A DNA stretch of 64,000 nt from Candidatus Latescibacterota bacterium (GCA_963761125.1 CAVXFV010000002.1:207963-271962); one strand, 5' to 3'. Positions 48,376 through 58,884 are shown, numbered from the stretch's first letter. Translations and numbers: made by a program. Notes: generated from the sequence alone by a model not told the origin.

Positions 48376-51075
48376 CTAGGCGTCCATCGCCCGTCCCAGG
48401 CGATCGCGAATCTCCGCCAGCCGCGCCGCGGTCGACACCTTCGCCCCCGAACCGTCCCGCACATAGAACGAATCGATCGCCCGCGTGGCTTCGGTGGAAA
48501 TGCGCGCACGCGCGATCGACAGGTCGTCGGCCGAGAGCGCGCGCGTGATCGTGTAGAGCAACCCCGGGCGGTCCGCCGCGAACACGTCGATAATGGTGTA
48601 GTCATCGGAGATGTCGTTTTCGAACGTCACCTGCGTCTTGATGGGGATGCCGCCGGTTGCGATGCGTCGCCAGCGCCGCGCGTGTTCGCGCGTCGCCTTC
48701 TCGAGGTCCAGGTGTCCGGCGAATACCTTCTTCAGGTCCGCGCGAATGCGATCGAAACGCGACAGCATTTCTTCCTGCGGCAGTACGCCGTCGCGGTCGA
48801 TCGGCTCGACCACGAACACGTCGATCACCTTGCCGTCGCGGCGCGTGAACGCAAATGCGTTCAGAATGGTGAAGTCGTTGACGGTCAGCACGCCGCACAG
48901 TTCCGACAGACGGTACGGCTTGTCGTTCGTGCAGAAGGTGATCTCGTGCGCGGCGCCGGCGAGGCGGTGGCTCACGAGAAACGGTTCGCCGTTCAGCCGC
49001 TCGATCATGTTCATGTGTTCGCGCACCATCTCGTCGGTCATCGTCAGCAGATAGCCGCCGGGCAGGAGATCGAGGTGCGCGAGCGCGCGCTGGCGATCTG
49101 GGCCGTCTTCGAAAGTCGCCAGCAACCGTTCCTTGTGCCGGCGATAGACCTCTTCCGGCGCTTTCTCGCGTCGCGCCATGAAGTCGTACGCGCGCGCGTA
49201 GAGTTCCCAGAGCAGCGTCCGCTTCCATTCGTTCCACACCAGCGGTGACGTCGCGCGGTAGTCGGCGTAGGTCAAAAGACACAGGTACTTGAGCCGTGTC
49301 CGGTTGCCCACACGATCGCAAAATGCGGTGATGGTGCCGAGGTCGGTGGGATCGCGGCGCTGGCTGTAATGCGACATCACCAGGTGCTCTTCCACCAGAA
49401 AACACACGAGATCGATCTCGTCCGCCGGGAGCCCCATTTTTTTCAGAAGCGGACGCGACAGCGAGGCGCCCTTCGTTGCATGATCGCGCCCCCGGATCTT
49501 GCCGATGTCGTGCAACAACGCGGCGAGAAAGAGAATTCGCTTCTGCGGCAACTCCGAGTAGAGGCGAACCAGGAAGTCGCCGGACGCCGGGTCGCCGCGC
49601 CCGAGCGCCACCAGGTTCTCCAGCACCTTGAAGCTGTGTTCGTCCACCGTATAGTGGTGATAGAGATCGTAGCGCTTGAGACACGTGAGCTGGTCGTACT
49701 CGGGAATGATCGTCATCAGGAAGTGCGTCTCGTGCAGCGAGCGCACGACGAGGGCCACGTTGCGGTCGTCGTCGAGGAGCGACGGAAATGCGCGCTGCAT
49801 GCGCCCCACGATCGACGGCGTGCGGAGCTCTTCGTCGAGCACGTGTTCCAGGCGGCGACGGAGCGCGCGCTCCAGCTTCTGCCCGCTCGCTTTCTGCTTT
49901 TCGAACACGAGCAGCGGCCGTTTGCGTAGCGTCGGAAGTCGCAACGCCACGTTGAGCTTGGACCCGTCGCGCGTGAGGCGGTTGCGACCCAGGATCACGC
50001 CGACGTTCTTGCCGTGCCCGAGCGCCTCCAGACAATCGGCGGTAATACGATAGATGGCGCGTGTGTGCCGGTAATACTCGCGCATAAACGACTCGACGGC
50101 GAGGTGCCCGCCGTGTGCGCGGTATCCCAGATTCTCCGCGAGGTCCTGCTGCGCGCCGACGGTCAGCGAATCCTGCCTGGATTGCGTGGTGAGATGGAGT
50201 TCCACGCGAACGCGCAGGAGGAAATCGTAGGCCGCTTCAAGTTCGCGCCCCTCGCCGCGGAGCAAAAGCCCCTTCTGTCGCAGCGCCTTCAACCCGCCGG
50301 AGATGCGACCGACCGACCCCAGCCACACCAGCGTCTGGTAATCGCGCAGCCCGCCCGGGCTCGTCTTGATGTTGGGTTCGATCAACTGGAAGCTGTTGCC
50401 GAATTTCTCGTGGCGCTCGATTACATCGGCGATCTTGCGCTTGAGGAACTCCTCGCGATCGCTGCGGCGCACGATGCCGACTTTCTTCTCCAGCGCGACG
50501 GCCACGCGACGCGACCCGCACACCCATCGGCTTTCGAGGAGTGCCGTTTTGGTATCCATGTCGCGCGTCAGCGCGGTGCCGGCTTCGACCACCGACTCGA
50601 CCGCGTGACCCAGCTCGAAGCCGCAATCCCACATCAGCCGGATGAACGACCCGGCGACGGCTTCGACGACCGGCGTCTTCTTGCCGCACGTAATCAGAAT
50701 ATCGACGTCGGAGAACGGCGCCAGCTCGGCGCGTCCGTAGCCGCCGAGCGCGATGACGGCGATGTCGGTCTCGTCGACGGTGAGGTTGTTCTCTTCGGCG
50801 GCATGCTGGAACAACAGTCCGACGATCGTGTCGACCATGCGCGTGTAGCCGTGGACGAATTCTTCGCCTCCGGTCTCCGGCGTTCGCTGTTCCACGATGG
50901 GACGTGTCAGCAGGCCGAAGTACGCCCGGGTCTCCGCGAGGAACTGCTCGCGCGATTCCGCGGACCGCGCCGACGGCGGCGACGGCAACGCGCTTGCGGC
51001 GCCGGCGCGCCGAGTCGCGCGTTTTGTTCTGGGGCGGCGGGGTGTCACGCGGAGCATCTTACGCGAAGTGTCCAC
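48376..51075 (-). CDS. glnD: [protein-PII] uridylyltransferase / uridylyl-removing enzyme
   Basis: It has an NTase core (GGYGRAELAPFSDVDILI), an HD domain (LLHDIGK) and two C-terminal ACT-like regions. The start could instead be the internal ATG 6 codons downstream. Confidence 0.9.
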   Translation of the reverse strand: MDTSRKMLRVTPRRPRTKRATRRAGAASALPSPPSARSAESREQFLAETRAYFGLLTRPIVEQRTPETGGEEFVHGYTRMVDTIVGLLFQHAAEENNLTVDETDIAVIALGGYGRAELAPFSDVDILITCGKKTPVVEAVAGSFIRLMWDCGFELGHAVESVVEAGTALTRDMDTKTALLESRWVCGSRRVAVALEKKVGIVRRSDREEFLKRKIADVIERHEKFGNSFQLIEPNIKTSPGGLRDYQTLVWLGSVGRISGGLKALRQKGLLLRGEGRELEAAYDFLLRVRVELHLTTQSRQDSLTVGAQQDLAENLGYRAHGGHLAVESFMREYYRHTRAIYRITADCLEALGHGKNVGVILGRNRLTRDGSKLNVALRLPTLRKRPLLVFEKQKASGQKLERALRRRLEHVLDEELRTPSIVGRMQRAFPSLLDDDRNVALVVRSLHETHFLMTIIPEYDQLTCLKRYDLYHHYTVDEHSFKVLENLVALGRGDPASGDFLVRLYSELPQKRILFLAALLHDIGKIRGRDHATKGASLSRPLLKKMGLPADEIDLVCFLVEEHLVMSHYSQRRDPTDLGTITAFCDRVGNRTRLKYLCLLTYADYRATSPLVWNEWKRTLLWELYARAYDFMARREKAPEEVYRRHKERLLATFEDGPDRQRALAHLDLLPGGYLLTMTDEMVREHMNMIERLNGEPFLVSHRLAGAAHEITFCTNDKPYRLSELCGVLTVNDFTILNAFAFTRRDGKVIDVFVVEPIDRDGVLPQEEMLSRFDRIRADLKKVFAGHLDLEKATREHARRWRRIATGGIPIKTQVTFENDISDDYTIIDVFAADRPGLLYTITRALSADDLSIARARISTEATRAIDSFYVRDGSGAKVSTAARLAEIRDRLGRAMDA

Positions 51076-51111
51076 CGAAGGAAAGCGGGGCCGCGCATGC
51101 GTTCTTTCCGG

Positions 51112-51139
51112 TTGATCTCGCCGCCAACGTCTCTATAAT
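51112..51139 (+). promoter_or_regulatory. sigma-70-like promoter for the HNH gene
   Basis: It reads TTGATC-N16-TATAAT. A strong RBS GAGGAGG follows, 7 nt before the ATG at 51192. Confidence 0.5.
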
Positions 51140-51191
51140 GGAGACATCGACCTCCTCCCTTGACCCCGCTTTCGAGTGAGGAGGATGTCCG

Positions 51192-52361
51192 ATGCTTCTG
51201 CGATCTCTCCCCGATCTCGCGCTCCTCAACCGCATCAAACGACTGGCCCGCTGCGAACGCGCGTCGACGCTGCGCGTGCTGGAGTGTCTCATCGAAATCG
51301 AGCGTCGCAAGCTTCACTTCGCGCTGGGATACAGCTCGATGTTCAATTTCTGCACGTCGGGTCTGGCCTACTCGGGATCGGCGGCGGGCCGGCGCGTCCA
51401 GACGGCGCGCACCGTGGCGCGTTACCCCGAGGTCCGTGACCTGTTGCGGGTCAATGATGTCAACGTGTGCACGGTGTCGCGGGTGTCACGGGTACTGACT
51501 CCGCACAACAAGGACGAAATCTTCTCGCGCATCCGGCGCAAGTCCCTGGACGAGGTGATCGCGATTGCGGCGGAGTATCGGCAGCCCGAAGCGGTGATCG
51601 TCGACCGGGTCCGCGATGTCGTTGTCGCGCCGCCGCACCGGCCGTTGCTGGACACGATGCCCTGGCGAAAGTCGGCCACGGGTGCGCCGGCGAATGGCGA
51701 CGCGCCCGGCAACGAGTCGGGCAACGGCGTGCACGTCCCCGCGATATCGGGTGAGTTCAATCCGCCGCCCGATCGGGAGTCGATTGCAGATCGGGACACG
51801 ACGGGCGCGAGTGCGCCCGGGACTCCCGGCGGCGATCTTCAGCACCGCATCATCCTTCGTTTCGGTGTCAGCGCGGCATTCATGGCCAAGCTGGATCGCA
51901 TTCGCGCGCTCGCGTGGCATCGACTGCCCGCGAACGCAACTCTGGAACACGTATTCGAACTCGTGCTCGACGACACGCTCAAGCGCAGCGACCCCGTCCA
52001 GCGGCGGGAACTTCGTTCCCGCCGGGAGCAGACCCGGAATGAAACGGGACAATCTTCACCGTCGAGCGCCCCGGCAGGCGACACACCCCCGCACCCGCGT
52101 CAGATTCCGCTGCGCGTGCGCGACGACGTGTTCGCGCGCGACGGCGGCCGGTGCACCTACGTCGGTCCCGACGGACGACGATGCGACGCCACGCACGGGC
52201 TGCAGATCGACCACATCGTTCCGGTCGCGCAGGGTGGAAGCGGCGAGGTCCTCAATCTCCGGCTCTTGTGCGCGCACCACAACCGCCTGCTCGCCGAGCG
52301 TCTTCTGGGTGCGAAAGCGAATCACTCCCAGCGGGGAAGAGACTGTGAAGACGCGCCCTGA
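51192..52361 (+). CDS. HNH endonuclease domain protein (DUF222-like N-terminal region)
   Basis: The C-terminal HNH core reads CTYVGPDGRRCDATHGLQIDHIVPVAQGGSGEVLNLRLLCAHHN. Confidence 0.8.
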   Translation: MLLRSLPDLALLNRIKRLARCERASTLRVLECLIEIERRKLHFALGYSSMFNFCTSGLAYSGSAAGRRVQTARTVARYPEVRDLLRVNDVNVCTVSRVSRVLTPHNKDEIFSRIRRKSLDEVIAIAAEYRQPEAVIVDRVRDVVVAPPHRPLLDTMPWRKSATGAPANGDAPGNESGNGVHVPAISGEFNPPPDRESIADRDTTGASAPGTPGGDLQHRIILRFGVSAAFMAKLDRIRALAWHRLPANATLEHVFELVLDDTLKRSDPVQRRELRSRREQTRNETGQSSPSSAPAGDTPPHPRQIPLRVRDDVFARDGGRCTYVGPDGRRCDATHGLQIDHIVPVAQGGSGEVLNLRLLCAHHNRLLAERLLGAKANHSQRGRDCEDAP

Positions 52362-52418
52362 CCCACACCGCGCTTCTGGCACGCTTCCTGCGGAAATCGC
52401 CTTTTCGGGTGGTCGCAC

Positions 52419-53471
52419 ATGCTTAGGAACCTTCAAATCGCCATTTGCGCGAGCGTTTTGCTCGTCCTCGGATGCGGGGGGGCGGGCGACACGACGGCGC
52501 CTCCGGTCACGACGACGGACGACTTAATCGTCTCGGACGCGCACGCAATTCGCGACGCGCTGGAAACGTTCGCCACCACCACCGGGCACTTCCCCACCGA
52601 CGCGGAAGTCGATCCCTTCGTGGCGACGGTCCTGCGCGCCAACCGGTACACCGGCCTGCCCACGGTGCCCGCGCTCGGCGAAGCGCACTGGCCGGGAGAG
52701 ATCGGACTGGTTCTCTACTACGAATTCAAGCCGACGCCCACGGTCCGCGGCTACAAAGTGGAAGCGCGCGGAAAGAACGGCGTGCTGATCACGCTGAAGA
52801 ATACGTCGGCGGTCTCGCCGGGCGCGCTCGGGTTCCAGATCGACATGGAGAATCAGGCCGACATCGTGGAAGCCGCACTCGCGGCGTTCAAGGCCGAGGC
52901 CGGCTACTATCCGACGACGCCGAGCACGGACCAGACGCCCCAGGGAAACACGCTAATCGATTTCCTTCCCGGCGGGGTGCGCCTGATCAATCCGTACACC
53001 GGAACTCGCACCAACCCGGTGGACAACGCCGCGGGCGGTCTGGGAGACGTCGGTTACACGCCGGTCCCGGAATCCTGCGGAGCGGGCCTTGTGTTTGCGT
53101 ATGTCGTCGACGGCGACGGTCCGCCCGACGGCCGGTCGATTCTCTCGAGGACGTCGGCGTCACCGGAGGAATACGAAACAACGGTTTGCGTTCACCGCGT
53201 TCGATGCGCGGTTGAACTCTTCATGTCGCAGACCGGACGGTATCCCGACGACGTCGATACCGACACGACACCGTCCAACCAGACGGTTCTGGACCTCTTG
53301 TCGCAGACCTATCACAACGCGTACACGGGTGCGGTCATTCCCCGTAACGGACTCGCCGGCGCTCGCGGTGATGTGGGGTATTCGCCCACCATGAGCGGCG
53401 GCAACGTCGTGGGCTGCGTCATCAACGGCCGCGGACTCTCCCGCGAGATCGCGCGCTTGCAGCTTCCGTAG
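52419..53471 (+). CDS. lipoprotein with three tandem pseudopilin-like repeats
   Basis: It has a lipobox (LLVLGC). Three ~100-aa repeats each carry helix + G-x-(F/Y)-P (TTGHFPTD, EAGYYPTT, QTGRYPDD), then (N)xYTG, then G(D/E)(V/I)G(Y/L). Confidence 0.7.
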   Translation: MLRNLQIAICASVLLVLGCGGAGDTTAPPVTTTDDLIVSDAHAIRDALETFATTTGHFPTDAEVDPFVATVLRANRYTGLPTVPALGEAHWPGEIGLVLYYEFKPTPTVRGYKVEARGKNGVLITLKNTSAVSPGALGFQIDMENQADIVEAALAAFKAEAGYYPTTPSTDQTPQGNTLIDFLPGGVRLINPYTGTRTNPVDNAAGGLGDVGYTPVPESCGAGLVFAYVVDGDGPPDGRSILSRTSASPEEYETTVCVHRVRCAVELFMSQTGRYPDDVDTDTTPSNQTVLDLLSQTYHNAYTGAVIPRNGLAGARGDVGYSPTMSGGNVVGCVINGRGLSREIARLQLP

Positions 53472-53512
53472 ACACACGTCGCGCCCTTCCACTCGCACCC
53501 GGAAAAACGAAA

Positions 53513-53538
53513 GCCCGGTGCGCTTTCGCGAACCGGGC
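53513..53538 (-). terminator. intrinsic terminator downstream of glnA
   Basis: The minus strand has stem GCCCGGT / ACCGGGC followed by TTTCGTTTTTCC. Confidence 0.6.
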
Positions 53539-53566
53539 CCTCGTTCGGCAGACCAGAGGAGTCAGT

Positions 53567-54991
53567 CTACGCGTCGTAATACAGGAAGAACTCGTAGGGG
53601 TGCGGGCGCAGCGCCATCGGCCCCACTTCGCGTTCCCGTTTGTAATCGATCCACGTGCGCACGACGTCCTCGGTGAACACGTCTCCCTTGAGCAGGAAGT
53701 CGTGATCCGATTCGAGCGCGTCGAGCGCTTCCGGCAACGAGCCCGGCGACTTCGGCACGCGGGCCAGCTCTTCGGGCGGCAGATCGTAGATGTTCTTGTC
53801 CAGCGGCTCACCCGGATCGATCCGGTTCTGGATCCCGTCGAGACCCGCCATCACCATCGCCGCGAATCCAAGATACGGATTGCACGTCGGATCCGGGCAG
53901 CGGAACTCCACGCGTTTCGCCTTGGGCGACTGCGAGTACATCGGAATGCGAACCGAGGCGCTCCGGTTGCGCTGCGAGTACGCCAGGTTCACCGGCGCCT
54001 CGTAGCCCGGGACGAGTCGTTTGTAGCTGTTGGTCGTCGGGTTGGTGAACGCGCACAGCGCGCGCGCGTGTTTCAACAGGCCGCCGATATAATGAAGCGC
54101 CATGTCGCTCAGGCCCGCGTACTTGTTTCCGGCGAACAGCGGCGTGTTCCCTTTCCACAGACTCTGGTGGCAGTGCATCCCCGACCCGTTGTCGCCGTAG
54201 ATCGGCTTGGGCATGAAGGTCACGGTCTTGCCGTGGCGGCGCGCGACGTTACGGATCACGTACTTGTACGTGAGCAGGCAGTCGGCCATGCGCACCAGCG
54301 TGTCGAACTTGAGATCGATCTCCGACTGGCCGGCGGTCGCCACTTCATGGTGCTGCGCTTCGACCTCGATGCCGAGATTCATGATCTCCATCATCATCTC
54401 GGAACGCAGGTCGTGCAGCGAGTCCGCCGGCGGGACCGGGAAGTAGCCTTCCTTGAACCGCGGCTTGTAGCCCAGGTTCGGGTGCTCGCGCCGGCCCGAG
54501 TTCCACGAACCCTCCGACGAGTCGATGTAGAAGAACGCCCGCTGCGGCGACGATTCGAAGCGCACGTCGTCGAAGATGAAAAATTCCGCTTCCGGCCCGA
54601 AGAAGATGTCGGTCGCCAGGCCGGTGCTCTTGACGTAGGCCTCCGCTTTCATGGCGATCGCGCGCGGGTCGCGCGAATACCGTTCCTTGGTAATGGGATC
54701 GAAGATGTTGCAGACCAGGGACAGCGTGGGTTCCTTCATGAAGGGGTCGATGAAGGCCGTGTCCGAATCGGGAATCACGATCATGTCGCTCTCATTGATG
54801 CTCTTCCAACCGCGGATGCTGGACCCGTCGAAACCGAAACCTTCTTCGAACGAATCCTCCTTGAGCGCGGCGATGGGCAGGCTGAAATGCTGCCATGTGC
54901 CGGGGAAATCGATGAACTTGAGGTCGAGAACACGCGCACCTTTTTCGCGCGCGAACTTCAGGACCTCCTGGGGAGTTCGCTTCTCCATCAC
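53567..54991 (-). CDS. glnA: glutamine synthetase, type I
   Basis: It is a 474-aa GSI with [11 protein letters not shown] and NPYLGFAAM. It has an adenylylation-site-like NIYDLPPEE, consistent with glnE nearby. Confidence 0.97.
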   Translation of the reverse strand: MMEKRTPQEVLKFAREKGARVLDLKFIDFPGTWQHFSLPIAALKEDSFEEGFGFDGSSIRGWKSINESDMIVIPDSDTAFIDPFMKEPTLSLVCNIFDPITKERYSRDPRAIAMKAEAYVKSTGLATDIFFGPEAEFFIFDDVRFESSPQRAFFYIDSSEGSWNSGRREHPNLGYKPRFKEGYFPVPPADSLHDLRSEMMMEIMNLGIEVEAQHHEVATAGQSEIDLKFDTLVRMADCLLTYKYVIRNVARRHGKTVTFMPKPIYGDNGSGMHCHQSLWKGNTPLFAGNKYAGLSDMALHYIGGLLKHARALCAFTNPTTNSYKRLVPGYEAPVNLAYSQRNRSASVRIPMYSQSPKAKRVEFRCPDPTCNPYLGFAAMVMAGLDGIQNRIDPGEPLDKNIYDLPPEELARVPKSPGSLPEALDALESDHDFLLKGDVFTEDVVRTWIDYKREREVGPMALRPHPYEFFLYYDA

Positions 54992-55234
54992 ACCACCCTC
55001 CTTTTGCCGGGGAAATAGCGGGAACGGACCGAACGCCGGCTGGCGCCGACCGTCTGAAAGAGGAACTTTTAAGGCCAGCGTGCGGGGGTGTCAACGGCGA
55101 ACATGGCGCGCCGCAAAAGAGTATCGAAACGGCGCCTGAGAACGGGACGGAACGTGTTTCGGGCGGCGGCGTTGCGCACGAATCCGGGTGGTTCCGGGCG
55201 CCCCGTCAGGCGCCCGGTCGGCCCAGGTTTCGGA

Positions 55235-55819
55235 TCAGGTGGCGGCGTGTTGCGGGGCGCCTCCGAGGTTGGTCCCGTGCGACTTCAATTTGAACGCCAG
55301 CGCGAGCAGCAGAATCCCGAACAGGATCGCGTACGCCCCAATCAGCCACACGATCGCCAGCACACCGGCTCCGGGGCGGACAAACAACACCACACCGAAC
55401 AGCACCGAGAGAGCCCCGGAGAGCGCCAGCCAGAATTCATTTTTGATTTCCCGGCGGAAACGAATGGCGGCGGCGATCTGAAAGATGCCGATAATCGTCG
55501 CCCACGCGGCGATGAACATCAGAAGTGCGAGCGCGGTCATCCCGGGAAACACGATCGCCCCGATTCCCGCCAGGATGCCGGCAATGCCGATGAACAGAAG
55601 CACCCACATCGGCCGGCCGGCGCCGTGGATCTTAAACGCAACCACGAGGGCGATGATCCCGTCGACGAACGCGTAGGCTCCGAAGAGTAACGTCAGCACG
55701 AGCAAGGTTGCGCCCGGCCAGATCAGCGCGAGCACGCCAAACAACACGGCGCAGACGCCACGCAACGCCATCCACTTCCAGCTTCTGACGATATGATGAA
55801 CAAGAGTTTCCGATGCCAT
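55235..55819 (-). CDS. HdeD/DUF308-family membrane protein
   Basis: ORF trimmed to the ATG at 55819 (MASETLVHHIV). It has six hydrophobic helices with repeated G..A...GI patterns. Confidence 0.8.
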   Translation of the reverse strand: MASETLVHHIVRSWKWMALRGVCAVLFGVLALIWPGATLLVLTLLFGAYAFVDGIIALVVAFKIHGAGRPMWVLLFIGIAGILAGIGAIVFPGMTALALLMFIAAWATIIGIFQIAAAIRFRREIKNEFWLALSGALSVLFGVVLFVRPGAGVLAIVWLIGAYAILFGILLLALAFKLKSHGTNLGGAPQHAAT

Positions 55820-55998
55820 CGTCGTTCTCCTTCCGGCACCGAACGCGCACGCGACGTCGTCGGATATGTCCCGGATTGGGGGCTCGGATGAAGTGAGAGG
55901 TGACGACCCGGGCGCGTTCACCGTGATCATGACACCGCCGCGTCGCGATTGCCACACCGGCGTAGAACAGGGCGACGCGACGCAGAGAACCCCCGAGG

Positions 55999-57627
55999 TT
56001 AGCCGTGATTTTCGAGCGCGACCAGGACGGGGCCGAGCGCGTCGAGGAGGTCGCCCGCCATGACGCCACGAACGCCGCGCCCGCGCGCGGCGAGTTCACC
56101 GGCTTCGCCGTGGAGGAAGCACGCGACGCAGGTGGCGTCGGTGACCTGGGTTCCGGTGATCGCACCCGGGGACGGCTGCCGGCGCCGCGGCGCCACGGCC
56201 TGGGCGAGCACGCCGCCGATCAATCCGGTGAGCACGTCGCCGGTGCCGCCGGTCGCGAGCGCGCTGCTGCCCGACGCGTTCACCCACACCGCGCCGTCGG
56301 CGCCGGCGATCAGTGCCGGCGCGCCTTTGAGTAGCAGCGTGACGCCAAGCCGTTGCGCCGTGGCGCGCGCGAATTCGATGCGCGCGAGCGCGGCGGTCGG
56401 CGCGCTCTCGCCGGTGAGCCGTTTGATTTCGCCGTCGTGCGGCGTCACCACGACCGGCGCGCCCGCGGTGGCCAGCTCGAGCGCGTGCGAAGCAAACGCG
56501 GTCAATCCATCGGCGTCGACGACCATCGGCTTCTTGCACGCGTGCACGAACTCGCGCACGAACGCGTCGGTCTCGTCGTGTCGACCGAGACCGGGACCGA
56601 TCGCGACGACGTCCGCACGTTCGATGTACGGCGCGAGCGTTTGCATCGCCGCGCGCGACACGGTCCCCGCGCCGGTTTGCGGTAACGGAATCGTGATCGC
56701 TTCGCGGAGTGCCACCATTTCGCGGCGGATGCCTTCGGGTACGGCGAGGTAGACCATGCCGCACCCGCCACGAAGCGCCGCTTCGGCGGTAAGCAGCGCG
56801 GCGCCGCGATAGGCGTCGCTGCCGGCGATAACGAGCAATGTGCCCGCGTCGTACTTGTGGATGTCGGGTGCGCGCGGCGGAAGGCGGTCGGCGGCGGTCG
56901 ATTCGTCGAGAAGCCACAGCGGTCCCGCGTGTTTCTCGACGATCTCCGCCGGAAACCCGATGTCGATCACGGCGAGCGCGCCGACGTGCGCCTTACCCGG
57001 AAAGAACAACAGACCCGTCTTGGGCGCGCCGATGGTGAGCGTCTCGCTGGCGCGCACGGCATCACCCGGCACGTCGCCCGTCGACGCGTCGACGCCGGAC
57101 GGAATGTCGACGGCGACCACCGGCATTCCGGTCGCGCGCATCGCGTTGATCAGCCCGACCATGTCCGCCGCGCGTCCGCGCGGGGCGCCGCTTGCGCCGG
57201 TTCCGAGGATCGCGTCCACCAGGAGGCTCGCATCGGCGACGTCTTCGCGCGCGCGCTCCGGCCAGTCCGGCCGCGAGGCGTCGAGTTCGCGCAGCGCGCG
57301 GGACTTCATCGCGACGAGGCGCTGATGATTCTTCGACGCGTCCGGCGTGAAATCGGCGGTCGGCTTGAGCAGATGAATCGAACACGACCATCCGGCTTCG
57401 AGCAGATAGCGCGCGATCACGAGCCCGTCGCCGCCGTTGTTTCCCGGTCCGACGAAGATCACCGCTTTAGGCGCGCCCGTGTCCGCCGGCGATGCGTCGG
57501 CGTACTGCGCGAGAATCGTCCGGGCAACGCCGCGCCCGGCGCGCTCCATCAACTCGATACCGGGACACACGTGCGCGATCGTCTCGGCGTCCACTTCCTG
57601 CATCTCTCGGGCGGTTAGGATTCGCAT
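55999..57627 (-). CDS. nnr: bifunctional NAD(P)H-hydrate epimerase / ADP-dependent dehydratase
   Basis: It combines a YjeF N-terminal domain (FVGPGNNGGDGLV) and a C-terminal carbohydrate-kinase-like domain (GGTGDVLTGLIG). Confidence 0.9.
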   Translation of the reverse strand: MRILTAREMQEVDAETIAHVCPGIELMERAGRGVARTILAQYADASPADTGAPKAVIFVGPGNNGGDGLVIARYLLEAGWSCSIHLLKPTADFTPDASKNHQRLVAMKSRALRELDASRPDWPERAREDVADASLLVDAILGTGASGAPRGRAADMVGLINAMRATGMPVVAVDIPSGVDASTGDVPGDAVRASETLTIGAPKTGLLFFPGKAHVGALAVIDIGFPAEIVEKHAGPLWLLDESTAADRLPPRAPDIHKYDAGTLLVIAGSDAYRGAALLTAEAALRGGCGMVYLAVPEGIRREMVALREAITIPLPQTGAGTVSRAAMQTLAPYIERADVVAIGPGLGRHDETDAFVREFVHACKKPMVVDADGLTAFASHALELATAGAPVVVTPHDGEIKRLTGESAPTAALARIEFARATAQRLGVTLLLKGAPALIAGADGAVWVNASGSSALATGGTGDVLTGLIGGVLAQAVAPRRRQPSPGAITGTQVTDATCVACFLHGEAGELAARGRGVRGVMAGDLLDALGPVLVALENHG

Positions 57628-57654
57628 AGAAACACGCTGCCTTAGCTCTCAGAT

Positions 57655-58677
57655 TCAAAAATCAATACGATACACGCCGTCTCGCTGTCCATCAGCGACG
57701 GCACCATCCACGGCTGCGTAGTAAAGTCGCTTCGAGTCTTCACTCCACATCAAATTTCCGGTGACGCGATAGGTGCCGGGCACGTGTCTTTCGCGACCTG
57801 TCATGAGATCGAGAACGTGCACCTCATCTCCCAGCGGGGGCAATGGAATCGCAGCGTTCACATCTATCGCTAGCACAAAGGCCAGAAAATGTTCATCGGG
57901 CGATACACGCAGTTTCGTGGCGGTCACAATCCGAAATGCGCGCCGATCATCGAAAATGCGTTCGTGTGTTCCATCAGGGTTTAGGCGCTCGATTGCACCA
58001 ATCTCGCAGCCCTCTTTCAATGATCTGGCGTAAACAACGTCCGAGAGCTTTCCATCGCGGTAGGCCACCGTCGCATCGTCGTACCATCTAAGATCGCGAG
58101 TTGCCAGCATCTTTTCCAATTCGTGCGGCGGCGCGCACGCACAGCAGGAAAGGTCCGTCCGAGGCTCGGCCGACTGACCTTCGGGTAGTTCGGGAGCAAA
58201 CGCAATCCATGGGGACGTTGGTGATCTCTTCACAAGCTTGACCACGATACGCTGCCCGACCCAGGTTCTCTCTCGAAACCAATCGAGTACATCGCGCCAC
58301 GGATCGAATCCGCTCGTGAAAAATTCTGGAGGAATGTTCTGAAGACGATGATGGGTCTTCGTCCCGGTGGCGAGGTTCATGGTCACCAGATGAAACTTCT
58401 CTCGTGTGGGCCGAAGGCCCTCGTAGTTCCAGTCGGTAGAGTCAACTTCGAAGAACGCAAGCCACCTCTCGTCCGGGGAAATTGTGAACCATGCGGGCTC
58501 ATCGGCCGGCTCGATGTGCTCGGTGCCCGGGACGAGGCGCGGTCGCAAATCGTGCCCGCGACACGAAGTGACCGAAATGATTGTCACCAGGATGCAGGCA
58601 ACCAGGAATCGACAACGCGTCAATGTCAAATCATTCCCCCCAAACGGAACGGGATGGGAACAATTGTGCGATCGCAA
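57655..58677 (-). CDS. hypothetical lipoprotein with PD40/TolB-like beta-propeller repeats, low G+C
   Basis: It has a lipobox-like ISVTSC and repeats ISPDERWLAF, VSPDEHFLAF and WSEDSKRLYY. Its A/T content is visibly higher than in its neighbours. Confidence 0.55.
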   Translation of the reverse strand: MRSHNCSHPVPFGGNDLTLTRCRFLVACILVTIISVTSCRGHDLRPRLVPGTEHIEPADEPAWFTISPDERWLAFFEVDSTDWNYEGLRPTREKFHLVTMNLATGTKTHHRLQNIPPEFFTSGFDPWRDVLDWFRERTWVGQRIVVKLVKRSPTSPWIAFAPELPEGQSAEPRTDLSCCACAPPHELEKMLATRDLRWYDDATVAYRDGKLSDVVYARSLKEGCEIGAIERLNPDGTHERIFDDRRAFRIVTATKLRVSPDEHFLAFVLAIDVNAAIPLPPLGDEVHVLDLMTGRERHVPGTYRVTGNLMWSEDSKRLYYAAVDGAVADGQRDGVYRIDF

Positions 58678-58884
58678 ATAGCGGCGGATCCAGACACAAC
58701 AGAATCGGCGGGCATTCAGGCCTCCCCGCGCGGAATTCGACCTGGCGGACGTTCCGAGTATCTCGATCGCAAAGCGTCCATGTCAACAATGTCGTGCTGG
58801 CTCGAAGCTCCTCATTCGACTTTCGGCGTAAAACTTCGCTGCTCGCCAAGTTGTAGCGCGCCTGTGGGCACGTTTGACCGGGCG

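Noticed and set aside
54992-55140. A possible sigma-54 promoter upstream of glnA (TGGCCTTAAAAGTTCC).
   Set aside because: The -12 element reads TTCC rather than TTGC, so the GC dinucleotide is missing at the required spacing. A sigma-70-type TTGACA-N17-TAAAAG fits better.
55193-55217. A GC-rich hairpin (CCGGGCGCC-ccgtca-GGCGCCCGG) considered as the terminator for the HdeD-like gene.
   Set aside because: No U tract follows it on either strand, so I did not call it an intrinsic terminator.
58348-58884. The N-terminal 180 codons of plus-strand ORF 58348..59019.
   Set aside because: This part is antisense to the PD40 lipoprotein gene and is not protein-like. Only the last ~45 codons resemble a VOC C-terminus.
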